A stretch of DNA of 64,000 bases, taken from Macrostomum lignano. Its lineage: Eukaryota. The stretch covers positions 1 through 64,000 of the forward strand of contig NIVC01000089.1 in the NCBI GenBank assembly GCA_002269645.1. The letters run 5' to 3'. A program made the position numbers and the translations under genes. How positions within the stretch are numbered: the first letter of the stretch is position 1; each line of letters begins with the position of its first letter. This document shows positions 1 to 12,187 of the stretch, piece after piece. The notes under the pieces were generated by a model. It was not told where the DNA came from. It worked only from the letters and a program-made list of their open reading frames with translations, and searched no databases.

Positions 1-1328
1 AGTGCTTCAGTACAGGTAGCATTACGGGGTGCAACAATTGCTTCTGCCTTCTTGTTGCGGTCCAACGACAGAGAAGCAAATGACACACCTTGCCGTTTAC
101 ACACCCCGTAGGCGACACCCTGGTGAGTTGTAACCTGCTCGCAGTCTCCAAAATGGGCTGGTTGCGGTGGTACTTTGTGCTATATGCTTCACTAAAATCA
201 ATGTGTAGCACCAGGTGGTGCTTGCCCAGATTGTCCTTCAGCTGACGAATAGCGCAAAATTGATGTTGGAGGCGCAGGAAGTGGGCGCCATATTTGCGCA
301 AATGTTTCAAAAGTTTTGCTATGGCAAACTCACAGTTCATCGTTTTCTTTACAACCTCCATGCCATTCGCATCAGTCCTATGCTTCCACATGTCGTACAC
401 AACAATTGGCTGATTAGCAACGGCACCAGCTTTGATAGGAGAAAGCTGGGTGCACTTCTGGCATATATTGTTCAGACAGTTGTACACTCGTCTGAGCAAA
501 CAATCTTCTGTAGAAGATCATGCTTGTCAGCTGTTGAGTCTATTAGCTTTGCTTTACGAATTCCTTCAAACAAAAGGTCGAAGTTGGTGCACAGTGGGCA
601 TAGGCACTGTTCTCGATTGCCTACTTTTGGTTGAAGCACATGTGGCGGCTTGTAACGGTAAAATGAAGCCCTGCTACATTTTATAGTTGGGTGTTCTGAC
701 AGAAATTTTTTGTACAAAATCTGCATTCCGTAAAGAAGATAGTGTTTCTGCTTCTTTTTGGACCCTCTGAGCACGGTCTCTTTTCTTCCAGCAGTTGCCC
801 GTGAGTTTTGGTCCTCACACAAAAAATCTGAAATAGCCATTGGCAACTTTTTCACTTTTGGCGGTGCATGTGCTTCTTTCGTTTCACTGCTACGATGCTA
901 TCCACAATATGCTTGATGGCGGCTTCTGAATCGTCAGAGGCACCTTGCCTAAAAACAGCAGCTTTAAATCTTTGCCGCTTCTGCTGCTTCAGCTTTTTAT
1001 TTTCTTCTTCCACCTTCTTCAACCGTTCAAGCAAACGCGAAATTTCTTCCTTTTTCTTTCTCATCTCCCGCTGCTTAGCAGCCTCAGACCAACTCAATCG
1101 CTCATTTGCAGTGCTCTTAATCTGTTTAGTATCATTCCTTGAATTAGGCTTAATCTGACGTCTTCTCTGGTCTTTTACTACGTCCGATTCCATAATACTT
1201 TTTTGCTTGTAATAGAACTTTTTTTGTCTCAATCAATTCTGCTCTTTGAATCCCTCAAGATCAGTGGAACGCTTTTTATTCTCCCATTTTTTATAAGACT
1301 CGCGAGCGCGCTGCTTCTTTGATAGCAT
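1..1328 (-). pseudogene. Degenerate DDE-type DNA transposase (DFSENY-motif family, possibly Sola-like; superfamily uncertain), runs off the left edge
   Basis: Minus-strand pieces join across a TGA (about 1235, probably from CGA) and frameshifts near 853, 480 and 160: MLSKKQRARE...; FLCEDQNSRATAGRKETV..KQKHYLL..LYKKFLSEHP..SRASFYRYKPPHV..REQCLCPLC; HQFCAIRQLKDNLGKHHLVLHIDFSEAYSTKY; AHFG..QVTTHQGVAY. This motif order matches the D-F-x-E-N-Y transposase family as I recall it. Confidence 0.7.
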
Positions 1329-1498
1329 GCTAAAGAAGCAGTTGCTTTTGAGCTGAAAGTAAACGGAATTCATTTATTTATTTGATAAATGTATAGGTTT
1401 TGAGATTTAACTTCTTAAACTTATTGACATAAATCTACGTTTAAGCTTCAAGCAGTGAGCTGATGTGGATCGATTTTTAATACTTGATGTGGCGTTAT

Positions 1499-1880
1499 CA
1501 GGAGCCTCGCCACCAGGGGGGGGGCAGTGCAAGGGGACAAGCCCCAGTAAAATGCTTTGTCCCCCACCATGCATTCCTTTATAAAAAAATGTTGTTGGAA
1601 ATAAATAATGTTGCTTCAGGATGACAAAATAGTGTCTGTGGTGCGAAAATGGATCCTGTGGTTCAAAAATGTGTGCCAGCAGTTCTAAAATGAATGCCAG
1701 CAGTGCTGAAATGGTGCAGCTGAGGCACTAAAACGAGTGCCTATGGCGCCTATGGCGCTTAAATGATAGTTGACAACATATTCCGAAAATAATATACAGC
1801 AGAAATCTAGTCATGTACATGCTGAATTCTTGGCTTCATCCCCCCCCCCTTCAACCATAGAATCCATGGCGACGTCCCTG
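1499..1880. mobile_element. hAT-like MITE (about 380 bp)
   Basis: Left end CAGGAGCCTCGCCA; right end reverse complement CAGGGACGTCGCCA. The 8-bp flanks GGCGTTAT and GGCATAAT match at 6/8, consistent with an old 8-bp TSD. Confidence 0.55.
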
Positions 1881-3899
1881 GGCATAATTATTTGTTTCTG
1901 ATGTACTATTTTTACCATTGCCAATAGTATTTTAAAAAAATGTTTCTTTTTTCTTTTTGTCGTTGGTATGTAACAAAAGGCTGAATCTATTACCTAAAAA
2001 TTGAGATCACTAATCATGCATAATCGATCTAATTAGAAAGTAAGAAACATAGAACTGTTATTTTAGTAAACTCTAGAAAATTAGTTTGATAATTATAACT
2101 ATTATTCCATACATAGATGCAAGACTGTTTTCTCATGGTATTTCTATAAAAATGCACGGCATCATTTTTATTCATCTTTTATTCTTTCCTGCTTCTTAGC
2201 ATATTAATTTTTGTTTTAGACTACTTAAAATGTACTATAAAAAAATCAGTCTAAAAATCTTCTGTTGAGTAAAAACAACTAACAACACCCAATTTAAATT
2301 AGATCAGTATAAATTTTAAGTACAAAGTGTAAAATTCTATTGTTTTTCATCAACAGATTGGGCATTTAAATGGCCAAGTTTATTTTACTTGTAGATGTAC
2401 AAAAATACCTTCCAAAAACCTAACAATGTGCTGAGAATTTTTTAATACTTTACTAGGGGCATAGAGGCAGTACTTTTTTTCAAGCCACAGATGAAGGCTT
2501 TGAAATAGAACTACTCTGGTGCTGCTTGTTTTATTATAGACAGATTAATCTGTATTTGTTAGGTTAATTTTGTGCTATTGAAAAACTAAAAACTCATAAT
2601 TTAATTAACATAATTCTTACAGTTTTAAATGACACTGAATAATTTGATACTATATTGTAAATTGTGACCATCTTTCTTAATAACAGATGAAAACACACCT
2701 CTCTTTTGATTCTATCAGCTGAACGAATGAACTAAAAGTTAGTTTTTTCATCCCATAGCCATACAGTGCCACGCTTCTAGAAAAGTCAAAATAAAAACGT
2801 CAATTCAACAAGCCAAAGGTTTTAATGGCTTTCAGGTTGTAGGAAATCAAGATATAAATAATATTTGATAGTTTTGCTTTTTGATATGACCACATGAGAA
2901 AAATATTGTATCTATAAAATGGGTATTACGCTAAAGCGATAATCCAAAAAATAAATTAAAAAACAAAGATGGCGCAGACTCTTGACATTGACTCAAGAAT
3001 TTTAAATAAAAAATGACTGTTTATAAACATAAATGTTTATTTTTAATAGTATTATCAAGCCACATGAAAAAAAGCCATCAATTTAAGGCAGATTAAAAAA
3101 AATTTGCTTAACTGCTTACATCGAAACTTTGAGAATGACCCAGTCATGTGACTACTGTTCTGTCCAATAGCAACTTACATATATGCATTGCCAATAGAAA
3201 CAGCCAGGTGAATCCCTAGGTTGTGCCCAAGCATGAGCCTAGGCCTAGTACAATAGTAGCATTAAAATGATCATCCTTTGAATTGAAGGGGGGTTCCATA
3301 GCCTATTTTGCTTTATAACCATTTTTAGATTTCTCTTTAAATGTTTTTTGTACTGTGTATAAAAGTAGAGGCTTTTTGAATAAGTTGTTAGAAATAAAAA
3401 GTGCTCAGAACATAATCAATTTAAGGCCATTTTTATATTTAAATGATTATTATTCAAAATGGATATAATACTCAAGATGCTAAAATATACAAGTTCTAGA
3501 AAGATCATTTGTTATATAAAGTTGAAATCGTTATCTCTGGAAACAGATTATTATATTGTTTTAAAAACTCCCAAGCTTTATTTTTTATTTTAGGCCCTAT
3601 TTAAAACATCTATTAAAGTGATTGTCACTTCACTTAGTGACCATCATTCAAAAGATTGCCTAGTTTTTTCTATAGAACAAAAAGTTTTTTGTTCTATAGA
3701 AATCAGTTTCAAAATTGTATTATTAGCCTGTATCCTTTTAATATTTAAAGTTAAATCTAAAATGTTAATTTTAGATTCTTTTTGTGACTTGTTTATAGAG
3801 TCTATTTACATATTTTTTATATGGATTTGACCTTATCACTTTTGGTAGTGAGAAAAGAATTTTATTTTGATCACAAAAGAAGAAATGCCAAACTTTGGC

Positions 3900-4530
3900 T
3901 CAGGTCTAGTGCCACTGAATTGGTGCTTGCCCTAGAATTGCAGCTTTCGTGCTAGCTGCTACTATAGTTCTGACTTCTTCTTGAAGTTGATTTTAGTGAA
4001 GATGATTGTTAAAATGATTAGGCAATCTATCCCCCCCTTCTTGTCTTGTTGCTTTGTTTCAAACTGCTCAATGACCTGTTACCTAATCTCCTAGTAATGT
4101 TGCTGATCTTTCCTATGGCTACCTGATCTTTCCTATCCTCTTCAGTCTTGCGATATCTAGATTGGCAAAGAGGGCTTCTTTCCATTTTCTCTATTAATTC
4201 TTTGAATCCTGCATTGTTGTTTGAATGCATTAAGCCACTGCCTAATGTTCTTGTCAGGCATGAACTTTTCTACTTCTACGTGCCTTAATGATCCTAGGTT
4301 TAGCCTGTTTTATAATTCTTTAGCTAGCATTGCAATTGCATCATTTGCCTTGGCCATTTTTCAAATTCCCACTGTCAAATTCTGCCATTTCTCTGATTTG
4401 AATCTCACCATTTCTCTGATTCTTTATGCTGCCACTAGCTATAATAGGGCTATTTCTTATTGTAAATTTCCTAAAGCTGTCACCAAAGTTGTCAACAGTG
4501 CTCTTTGTTCTCTCTATTATAAAACCCAAA
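3900..4530 (-). pseudogene. Possible decayed LTR-retrotransposon gag remnant
   Basis: Broken minus-strand frames read VEKFMPDKNIRQWLNAFKQQCRIQRI and Y*EIR*QVIEQFE, resembling gag N-terminal motifs. Many stops. Confidence 0.3.
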
Positions 4531-4997
4531 TCTATATAACTAAATATGAAAAGTTTCTATGTATATATGTATGTATATATGTACATAATCCATTTTGAAA
4601 GAATTTATCCTACCAATTTTTTTCAAACTTGCACCATTCGATCAGAAATTCTTGCAAATTGGTACAGTTCTCTTGGCTAAGAGATTGCTTCATTTTAAGG
4701 GATTCAATATTCGAAAAACTGTATTTTCCCTATCTAATAAGTGTATTTTTCTTGCAGTAAAAGCTCAATGCGTCTATGGCTCATTGTATTCTATTCTATA
4801 AATTCTATTCTTGAGTTGATGCTGTGAGCTATATATAGCTATACTTGAAGCTTATTATATTTTACAATAATAAATAATATCCCATCTTCAACTTGAATTG
4901 TTTGAAACCGGAATTGATTGTCTGAATTAAAGCCGGGTGCTACAATCTGTGCATAATCACTTGAACAGAAATGCCTCGACAACATTGCACTACGTTT

Positions 4998-5270
4998 AAG
5001 AGGGAATTGCTGAGATGTCAAGGCTTAAGAGGGAATTGCTGAGATGTCAAGGTCTAATGGGAATTGCTGAAATGTCAAGGCTTAGTGGGGAAATTCCAGA
5101 GATGTAAAGCTCTGGGGTGAATGGCTAAGTTTTCAAGGCTTGCTGGGGTACAATTGCTTAGATGTCAAGGCTTATTGTGGGAATTTCCAAGATATCCATT
5201 CTCACTAGGCAGATTTGCTGAGATATCAAGGCTCACCAGGGGGAATTGCTGAGATATCAAGGCTCACTAT
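4998..5270. repeat. About 30-bp minisatellite GGGAATTGCTGAGATGTCAAGGCTTA (dispersed family)
   Basis: Same unit recurs at 14470-15430 and, inverted, at 41176-41840. Confidence 0.85.
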
Positions 5271-5312
5271 TGGTGGATAATCATTGGTAGAATTGCTGTA
5301 ATTGAATTGGTG

Positions 5313-6227
5313 AAACTGTCTGACGGGTGCTGTTGTAAACTGTCTAACAGGTGCTGTTGTAACTATCTAATGGGTGCTGTTGTAACTGTCTAACGAATGC
5401 TGTTGTAAACTGTCTAATGGGTACTGTTGTAACTGTCTAATAGGTGCTGTTGTAACTGCCTAATGGGTGCTACATGTATTGTAAACTGTCTAACAAATGC
5501 TGTTGTAAACTGTCTAATGAATGCTGTTGTAAACTGTCTAACGAATGCTGTTGTAAACTGTCTAACGAATGCTGTTGTAAACTGTCTAATGGGTGCTGTT
5601 GTAAACTGTCTAATGGGTGCTGTTGTAACTGTCTAATAGGTGCTGTTGTAACTGTCTAACGGGTGCTACATGTATTGTAAACTGTCTAACGATTGCTGTT
5701 GTAAACTGTCTAATGGGTACTGTTGTAACTGTCTAATAGGTGCTGTTGTAACTGCCTAATGGGTGCTACATGTATTGTAAACTGTCTAACGGGTGCTATT
5801 GTAAACTGTCTAATGGGTGCTGTTGTAAACTGTCTAATGGGTGCTGTTGTAAACTGTCTAATGGGTGCTGTTGTAACTGTCTAATAGGTGCTATTGTAAC
5901 TGTCTAACGGGTGCTACATGTATTGTAAACTGTCTAACGAATGCTGTTGTAAACTGTCTAATGGGTGCTGTTGTAACTGTCTAATAGGTGCTGTTGTAAC
6001 TGTCTAATGGGTGCTACATGTATTGTAAACTGTCTAATGAATGCTGTTGTAAACTGTCTAATGGGTGCTGTTGTAACTGTCTAATAGGTGCTGTTGTAAC
6101 TGTCTAACGGGTGCTACATGTATTGTAAACTGTCTAACGAATGCTGTTGTAAACTGTCTAACGAATGCTGTTGTAAACTGTCTAACGGGTGCTGTTGTAA
6201 ACTGTCTAATGGTGCTGTTATAAACTG
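5313..6227. repeat. 24/25-bp minisatellite AACTGTCTAAYRGGTGCTGTTGTA
   Basis: Direct tandem repeats visible. Confidence 0.95.
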
Positions 6228-6287
6228 AAAAGAAAAGTGCTCGCTCAAAAAAATGATTGGGACACGCAAAGCAGGTCAGCCTGCCAA

Positions 6288-6392
6288 TCTATGTAACTAG
6301 ATCTGAATAAGTTTCTGTTTGTATGTATGTACATAATCCATTTTTAAAAAAATAATTTTTTTTACATCCCGCAAAGCGGATCTAATTGCTAG
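6288..6392 (+). mobile_element. Mini Helitron-like element (105 bp)
   Basis: A|TC start at 6288, hairpin CCGC-AAA-GCGG at 6369-6379 and CTAG|T end at 6389-6392: canonical Helitron termini. Confidence 0.55.
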
Positions 6393-9300
6393 TAATGATA
6401 CTAAATTGTAACTATGATTTAATGTTATCTGCTAGAATGTACTTAATGCCTATAGTATATTTACTGGTAGCTTATCTACTTCTCTATTTCTGTACTGGTA
6501 GCATATATTTATCTATTGGTAGTGTATATATATGTACTGTATTGGCCTAAGCAATCTAATGGCACTGTCTATTCTATTCTCACTATTTACTACTATAGGG
6601 GTTTCTCTCTCAGTCCTAGTCATTCCCAGGACCAAAGGGTCATGGCTTTTATACAATTCCATTGCTCTAAAATGATTTTCTTGCTGAGGTGATTCTCATA
6701 CCCTGTGGCAATTCTACTATTCTATAGTGATTACTGCCCTAAGGCAATTCTTGCTTTCAGTGGATTTCTGATATTCCCTAATTGGGGCTTTTATTATAAG
6801 GAAATGAACAAGTCTCTTAAGCACTATTGATAGCAATTTAATATGCAAATGACCTTTTCGTTTGCTAGCTCACAAGAAAAAGGCAAGCAATAAGTCAACA
6901 AGTTGACAAGTTGCTCTTCTTGGCCTACCCTGGGCTCCTATTTATACTGAAATCTTTTATAGATTATAACAAATATTAATTGCAAAAATATTTTTTTAAA
7001 TTCATAAAAGTTAAACAAAAAATTAAACTGTTTTTAGTGCATATTTGAAATAAATCTTTTTTAGGAAATATAAATAGAAAATGAGTGATTTTAAAATGAT
7101 TGTACTATATTATTATTGCACTATCTCATATGAAGAATGGAAAAGAAAAAAGTACTTCAACTAACATTAACAGGCATTTTACAAGAATAGCCAGAAAATA
7201 AAACTGGCTAGACTACAATAGACTTTATACGGACAATATTATAATATAACTATAATAATATATATAATAATATAATATAATAATATAATAATATAATTAT
7301 AACTATAGACTACAATATTCTGTAGCCTTTTAGTGCTTAAAGATTTAAAATGATATATTTTGCTATTATATGACACTAAAATTCAGGAAAAAAGAAGCAA
7401 AAGGCAGAAATTTTGTCAAAAAGTTTGAAGTGATGGTTTGTTGGTTTGTTAGCTGTTTAACTGTGTGGTGTTAGTCATTTAACTTTATTCAGTTTTCATC
7501 TTGCCCTTGCTATCAATGTGTTCTATGTACTCTGTAAACCAATGCCTACTCTATGCAATTCAATGTATATCATTGGGCTAGCCTTGCCTTGCCCCTTAAG
7601 TCTCTCTACTTACTTAGCCATGCAGTGCATCAGTGTAATTCAATATTCTCAATATTTAACCTATGGCTCTCAATGTATGTCTTGTCAGATAACTTAGACT
7701 ATTCTAATACAAATATATTATTACAATACCTTGTTTAAACAATATTTGGTTCCTGACTTTTGCATCACATCAATGTTCTTTCATGTTAGTATAGATCATA
7801 GAATAAGATTATTTAGATGATTGCTTTAAAATCTTATTTTGACCAACTAGTTGACTGTAAGTCTTATATTCCAAATGGCTTTTACTTGGGTAGCCTTATA
7901 AATAGGAAAATAAAGTAGACCAAAGTCTATAGTTTTGAAAGGAAAATAAATGCAAATTCTCTAAAAAAGTCAATGAATATTTATAAATGTTTATTTTAAA
8001 TAACAAAAGTTTAATTTATTACTAAACAAGCCTAATTAAAAAAAGTTCTTCAAAGGATTAAAATACCAGCTAATTAAAAGTCATTTTCTGCTAGATTGGA
8101 TTAACTTTAGTTTAATTTTAACAACAAAAATACTATTATTACAAAGCAAATCCTTAGATACATACCATCTTCTTAGCTAAGCAAAGCTTCTACACCAGAC
8201 AACAAAAATAGCAAAATATATACAAAAACTATACAAAAAATTGCAATTCTTGCAATAAAATTGTGATTAGATTGTTAGGCAAATTGTAATTATAGAAATT
8301 TTTAGCAATTAAATTGCATTTTAAAAAACTCCTATGCAATATAATTGCAATACTGAAAAGCAGCAATGCAATGATATTGTAAGTATTTTAATTTAGAATT
8401 TACTCTTGTTTCTACTGTCAATAGTCCATCCCTTTATGACTACAGATAGGTTAGATAGCAAGTGGATAGAGTTTAAGCTAATAAAATTCACCATAGAAAG
8501 TGCCTAATCATCTTGAAATTAATAAAAGCAAGAAATTCCCAGGCCATTATTGTTTTGATACAAACTGCATTAATGCAAAAAATTCATGATAATTGGTATT
8601 GAGTTAGTTTATTGCAATTCTTTAATATTTAAGCTTAGAATAAATAATAAGAGGAAGCAGTTTTTTGTCTCGCAATTGCAATTTCATAGATATTCAATTA
8701 AAAAATCAAAAAACCTTTTTACTAAATAGATTTACCTCTTTTTTGTTTGCAAACACAAATCCTTATGAAAAACTAAAATTTAAAGAATAATTTAAAGACA
8801 CTTATAAATATAACTGGAGTCGCGAGTCCTCGCTGTTAGGCTACTGGTTTTACTGATTTCTCTTTAAGTTGGTTAGTCCAAGCTCGGGAGACTCCCGGCT
8901 TGGACTAAGTTGGAAGATTTTTCTATTCACTTTAAGTTGGCTAAGTATTTCCTATGGTCTAGGATACTTTGCTCTATTAATCTGCTATTATGTACTCTTA
9001 ATTGGTAGGTTGCTGCCACCAGACTAATGTCCCTTTATAGTTAATGTTTTAAATTAAAATAAGTGAGACAAGAGTCAATTTCATGTAAGGTTATTGGAAT
9101 AAACAAACAGAAAAATGATATTATTAAACCAAAATATGCAAAAGATTAAGCACTATTATTTCCTATGTTAATAAAACCGGTAGACTCTTGGTTCCTTTAG
9201 TTAGACCAAATGGTAGACTCCTTTTAGTCTTTCCCTTATTCTTACTTAATTTATTCCTATTTTTGGTAGACTCCATTTTAACTAAGTGGTAGACTCCTCT

Positions 9301-9959
9301 TAGCCTTCTCTATTTTACCCCAAACTTACCTTTTATACTTTTTTTATAAATTCTTCTCTTACAAAAGGGGAGACTCTCTTAGTTGGACTTATTTGAGACT
9401 TTGATCTCTATAAATGTTGTCCAATGGACAGTCCTGAACAGGATGCTTTTCCCAAGGCCAAATAGCCTTTTACTAATAGAGGAACCCGCTAAGACTCGAA
9501 TTCCCACAACTTCAGATATTTCCCGAGGGTGAACTACTAACAGTAGCGTAAAAGCAAAACTGCTTATTCTAGATTTTGGGCTACTAAAATAATTCATCTC
9601 AACGAATAAGAACTAATTAGCAAACGCCATAGCAAAACTGCTTGAAATAACCCCCTACTATATAACCAAATTCATAATAATTGTTACAAACTATGAGCCA
9701 AACAAGAGGCTACTAAAATGTATTACACATAGCATAGCATTGGCAAATGTCCTAAAAATGGCGCAAATTAGAGCAAAAGTCAGCATAAAGACATAAGGAT
9801 AATGTAATATATATAGTACAGGATTGGCAAATGTCCTAAAAATGGCACAAATTGGAGCAACAGTTAGCATAATCAAATTTTTAACCCAGTGCTTACTAAA
9901 TTGTCCAGTTTATTGTTTAGTTCTAGTTTACTAAATGTCTAACCTGAATAATAAGACTG

Positions 9960-11100
9960 CCAGGTGATTTGAGCTTAAGGGTGCAGACTTCTATCTAAGT
10001 CATATGAGAAGATGCAGACTTAGGATGGGAAAAAATACATCGCAACAAATTTGTAATCAAATGCCTTCCAAAATGCATGCTCACTGATGTCTTCAGGTGC
10101 TAAGAGATAAGTAGGAACATTCGCATCATAAAAAAAGCTTGCTGAAAAGTTCCTTGCTTCTTCCCAAGTAAAAAGGAATCTTGCCAATGTTTAGGATCAA
10201 ACAAGTACTTTAACAATGTTTTTGTACAACTTTTGTAGAGAACATGGAGAGGATCAAGTAATATGTGATCAGGAATTCAAACATAATCGAAAAAGTACAG
10301 AACAACCTATAACACAAAACAGTGAGTCAGATCCTGATCTGGTAATAGCATAGGCCATTTGCCAAAAGACATTGCAAGTTATATCCTCAGCAGCAACAGG
10401 AAATTTTCATGAATGGCCATGACCAACCTTAACAACATCACTTACTGCGTCGCAGGAAAGACAGCCAAATTCACTATTATAGCTTCTATGATTCAGTATA
10501 CTAGCCATTGCTGGTAGGTCAAATACAGCAGTAAAAATCTCAAAGTGAACTTGAATTACTTGATACTTAACAACATAACTATGACACTGGTTAAATCCAA
10601 GAGAGTAGAGATGTTGGCATAAAAATTCTTGCCAAAATTCTTGTCAGAAACAGAAAAAATATAACATAATAGTATTCTTGGCCCTAGATTGCAAAGTGGG
10701 AGGCAGGTTTAGAATTTGCAATTGCATAGGTCAAACTGACTTTGAAGAATGGGTATATAGTTTTGCTCCATCTGTGGAAAAGTGGAAAAATTTTTTAATA
10801 GGTATAGAGTATCTGCTATTCTGAACATAGTCTTGACTAATGTACTCTTATTGATCTTTCAGGATATCAGATTGTATATGCACACTCTGTGTATTCTAAA
10901 ATAACATCAAGGTGCTGATACAGAATGAGGCGCAATTGAAAATGGAAATCAAGATAGGCTACTTTGTTGGTCATTTGCCTACAGCATCTCTCAGATGGAC
11001 TTAGATTAGTGCAACTTGGATTCCGGCAAACTTCTTTTATAACAATCCACTGCCCAGGTAGGAAAACATTGCAAACTAAAGTCCTAGCCTGTTGCATTGT
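9960..11100 (-). pseudogene. Fossil CACTA/EnSpm (CMC) transposase
   Basis: Minus-strand motifs in the expected order: VAYLDFHFQLRLIL; FSTDGAKLYTHSSKSV*PMQLQILNLPPTL; VFDLPAMASILNHRSYNSEFGCLSC; IPDHILLDPLHVL; VPTYLLAPEDISEHAFWKAFDYK. Many stops and frameshifts. Confidence 0.8.
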
Positions 11101-11639
11101 TAATTGAAGAGTCAGAACATTTGCAATGCCCAGAACTTAGAGAATGGTATCAACTCTAGACTCTGGCATGCCAAGACTTGCAGAAAGAAAAAAAAGTGCC
11201 ACAGTCACAATTGTCTGCTGATAATTCTGCTTGGCAATGTTCTAGGCAATGGAACTTCAAATTGACTTAAAGAGTCTATGTCACATTGGATGATACATTG
11301 TTCCATGTCATTAAGAAAACCATCACACATCTTTGGTTGGTTGTGGATCCTCTATTTTGATCTTCTTCTTGACTTAGTCATCTTGAATAGCACCAAAAAA
11401 GCCAAGTGCTTAAAAAATCACAATCCATGAAACACAGCTGAAAATAGCAAAAAAACTACAATATAAGGGAATAAAAATATTTACATAATGATATTAGTAT
11501 ACTAAGTAACAAAAAAAGATAATAAGAATCAATTATATTCTAATTATATATACCTCATATAAAAACACTATATGTTATTCTATTAAGAATTTCCAATATA
11601 CTAAAAATGAAAATCTTGCTTGCTTGTAATCGATTAGAG

Positions 11640-11780
11640 AAAAAATGGCTTAACCAATTTTCATGAGACTGGCACTGTTCGATCAGAAATTTTTCTGTGA
11701 CTGTACATGTATCGTGGCTAAGAAATTGCTGAATGCTAAAGGCATTAAATATTCGAAAAACATGCTTTTTTTGCAAAGGT
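11640..11780 (+). repeat. Diverged partial copy of the interior of the 4531 element
   Basis: Shares ACCAATTTT..TTCGATCAGAAATT..GGCTAAGA.ATTGCT..AATATTCGAAAAA with about 4612-4720. Confidence 0.6.
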
Positions 11781-12187
11781 CAAGCAAACTTTTCGACTTG
11801 AAATGCATTGTAAGAATGCTAGAGAAAAAACTGACTGGTTGAATTCTGATTCTGAAATAGATTGCATCATAACTGAATTGTAACTCCGACTTGATGGAAG
11901 CGTAGCACTAGACTTGATTTAAATTGCGTAACCATATTGTTAACTGATACTGACTGACTGAGAAACTGATTATGTCATAACTGCTTCGTGTGATTTACTC
12001 TATGCTTGGATTTTAAAGTGTTGAATTATATAAGTGCAAAATTTGATGTTATCAAAAAGATGAGAGCTAGCCTAGAGTTGAACAAACTAAACTGCTAAAT
12101 ACAGCAACGATGGTTCGAATTTTCATAAAGTATAATTTTTTTAATTAAAGCTTTTCATTGTCAGGAAAACTAAAAGACTTTTTAAAA

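Larger units (their letters stand above)
4531..6287 (+). mobile_element. Putative non-autonomous Helitron-like element carrying two minisatellite arrays
   Basis: 5' end A|TCTATATAACTAAAT..AAGTTTCT + (GTAT)n + ACATAATCCATTTT matches the copy starting at 6288. A decayed 3' hairpin GACACGC-AAA-GCAGGTC lies near 6261-6277. Confidence 0.4.

Noticed and set aside
215-1158. Plus-strand ORFs at the window start
   Set aside because: They are antisense shadows of the minus-strand transposase remnant.
6400-9900. Further decayed TE coding remnants in AT-rich DNA (also 15500-17340 and 36600-37850)
   Set aside because: No motif could be recognised with confidence; left unannotated.
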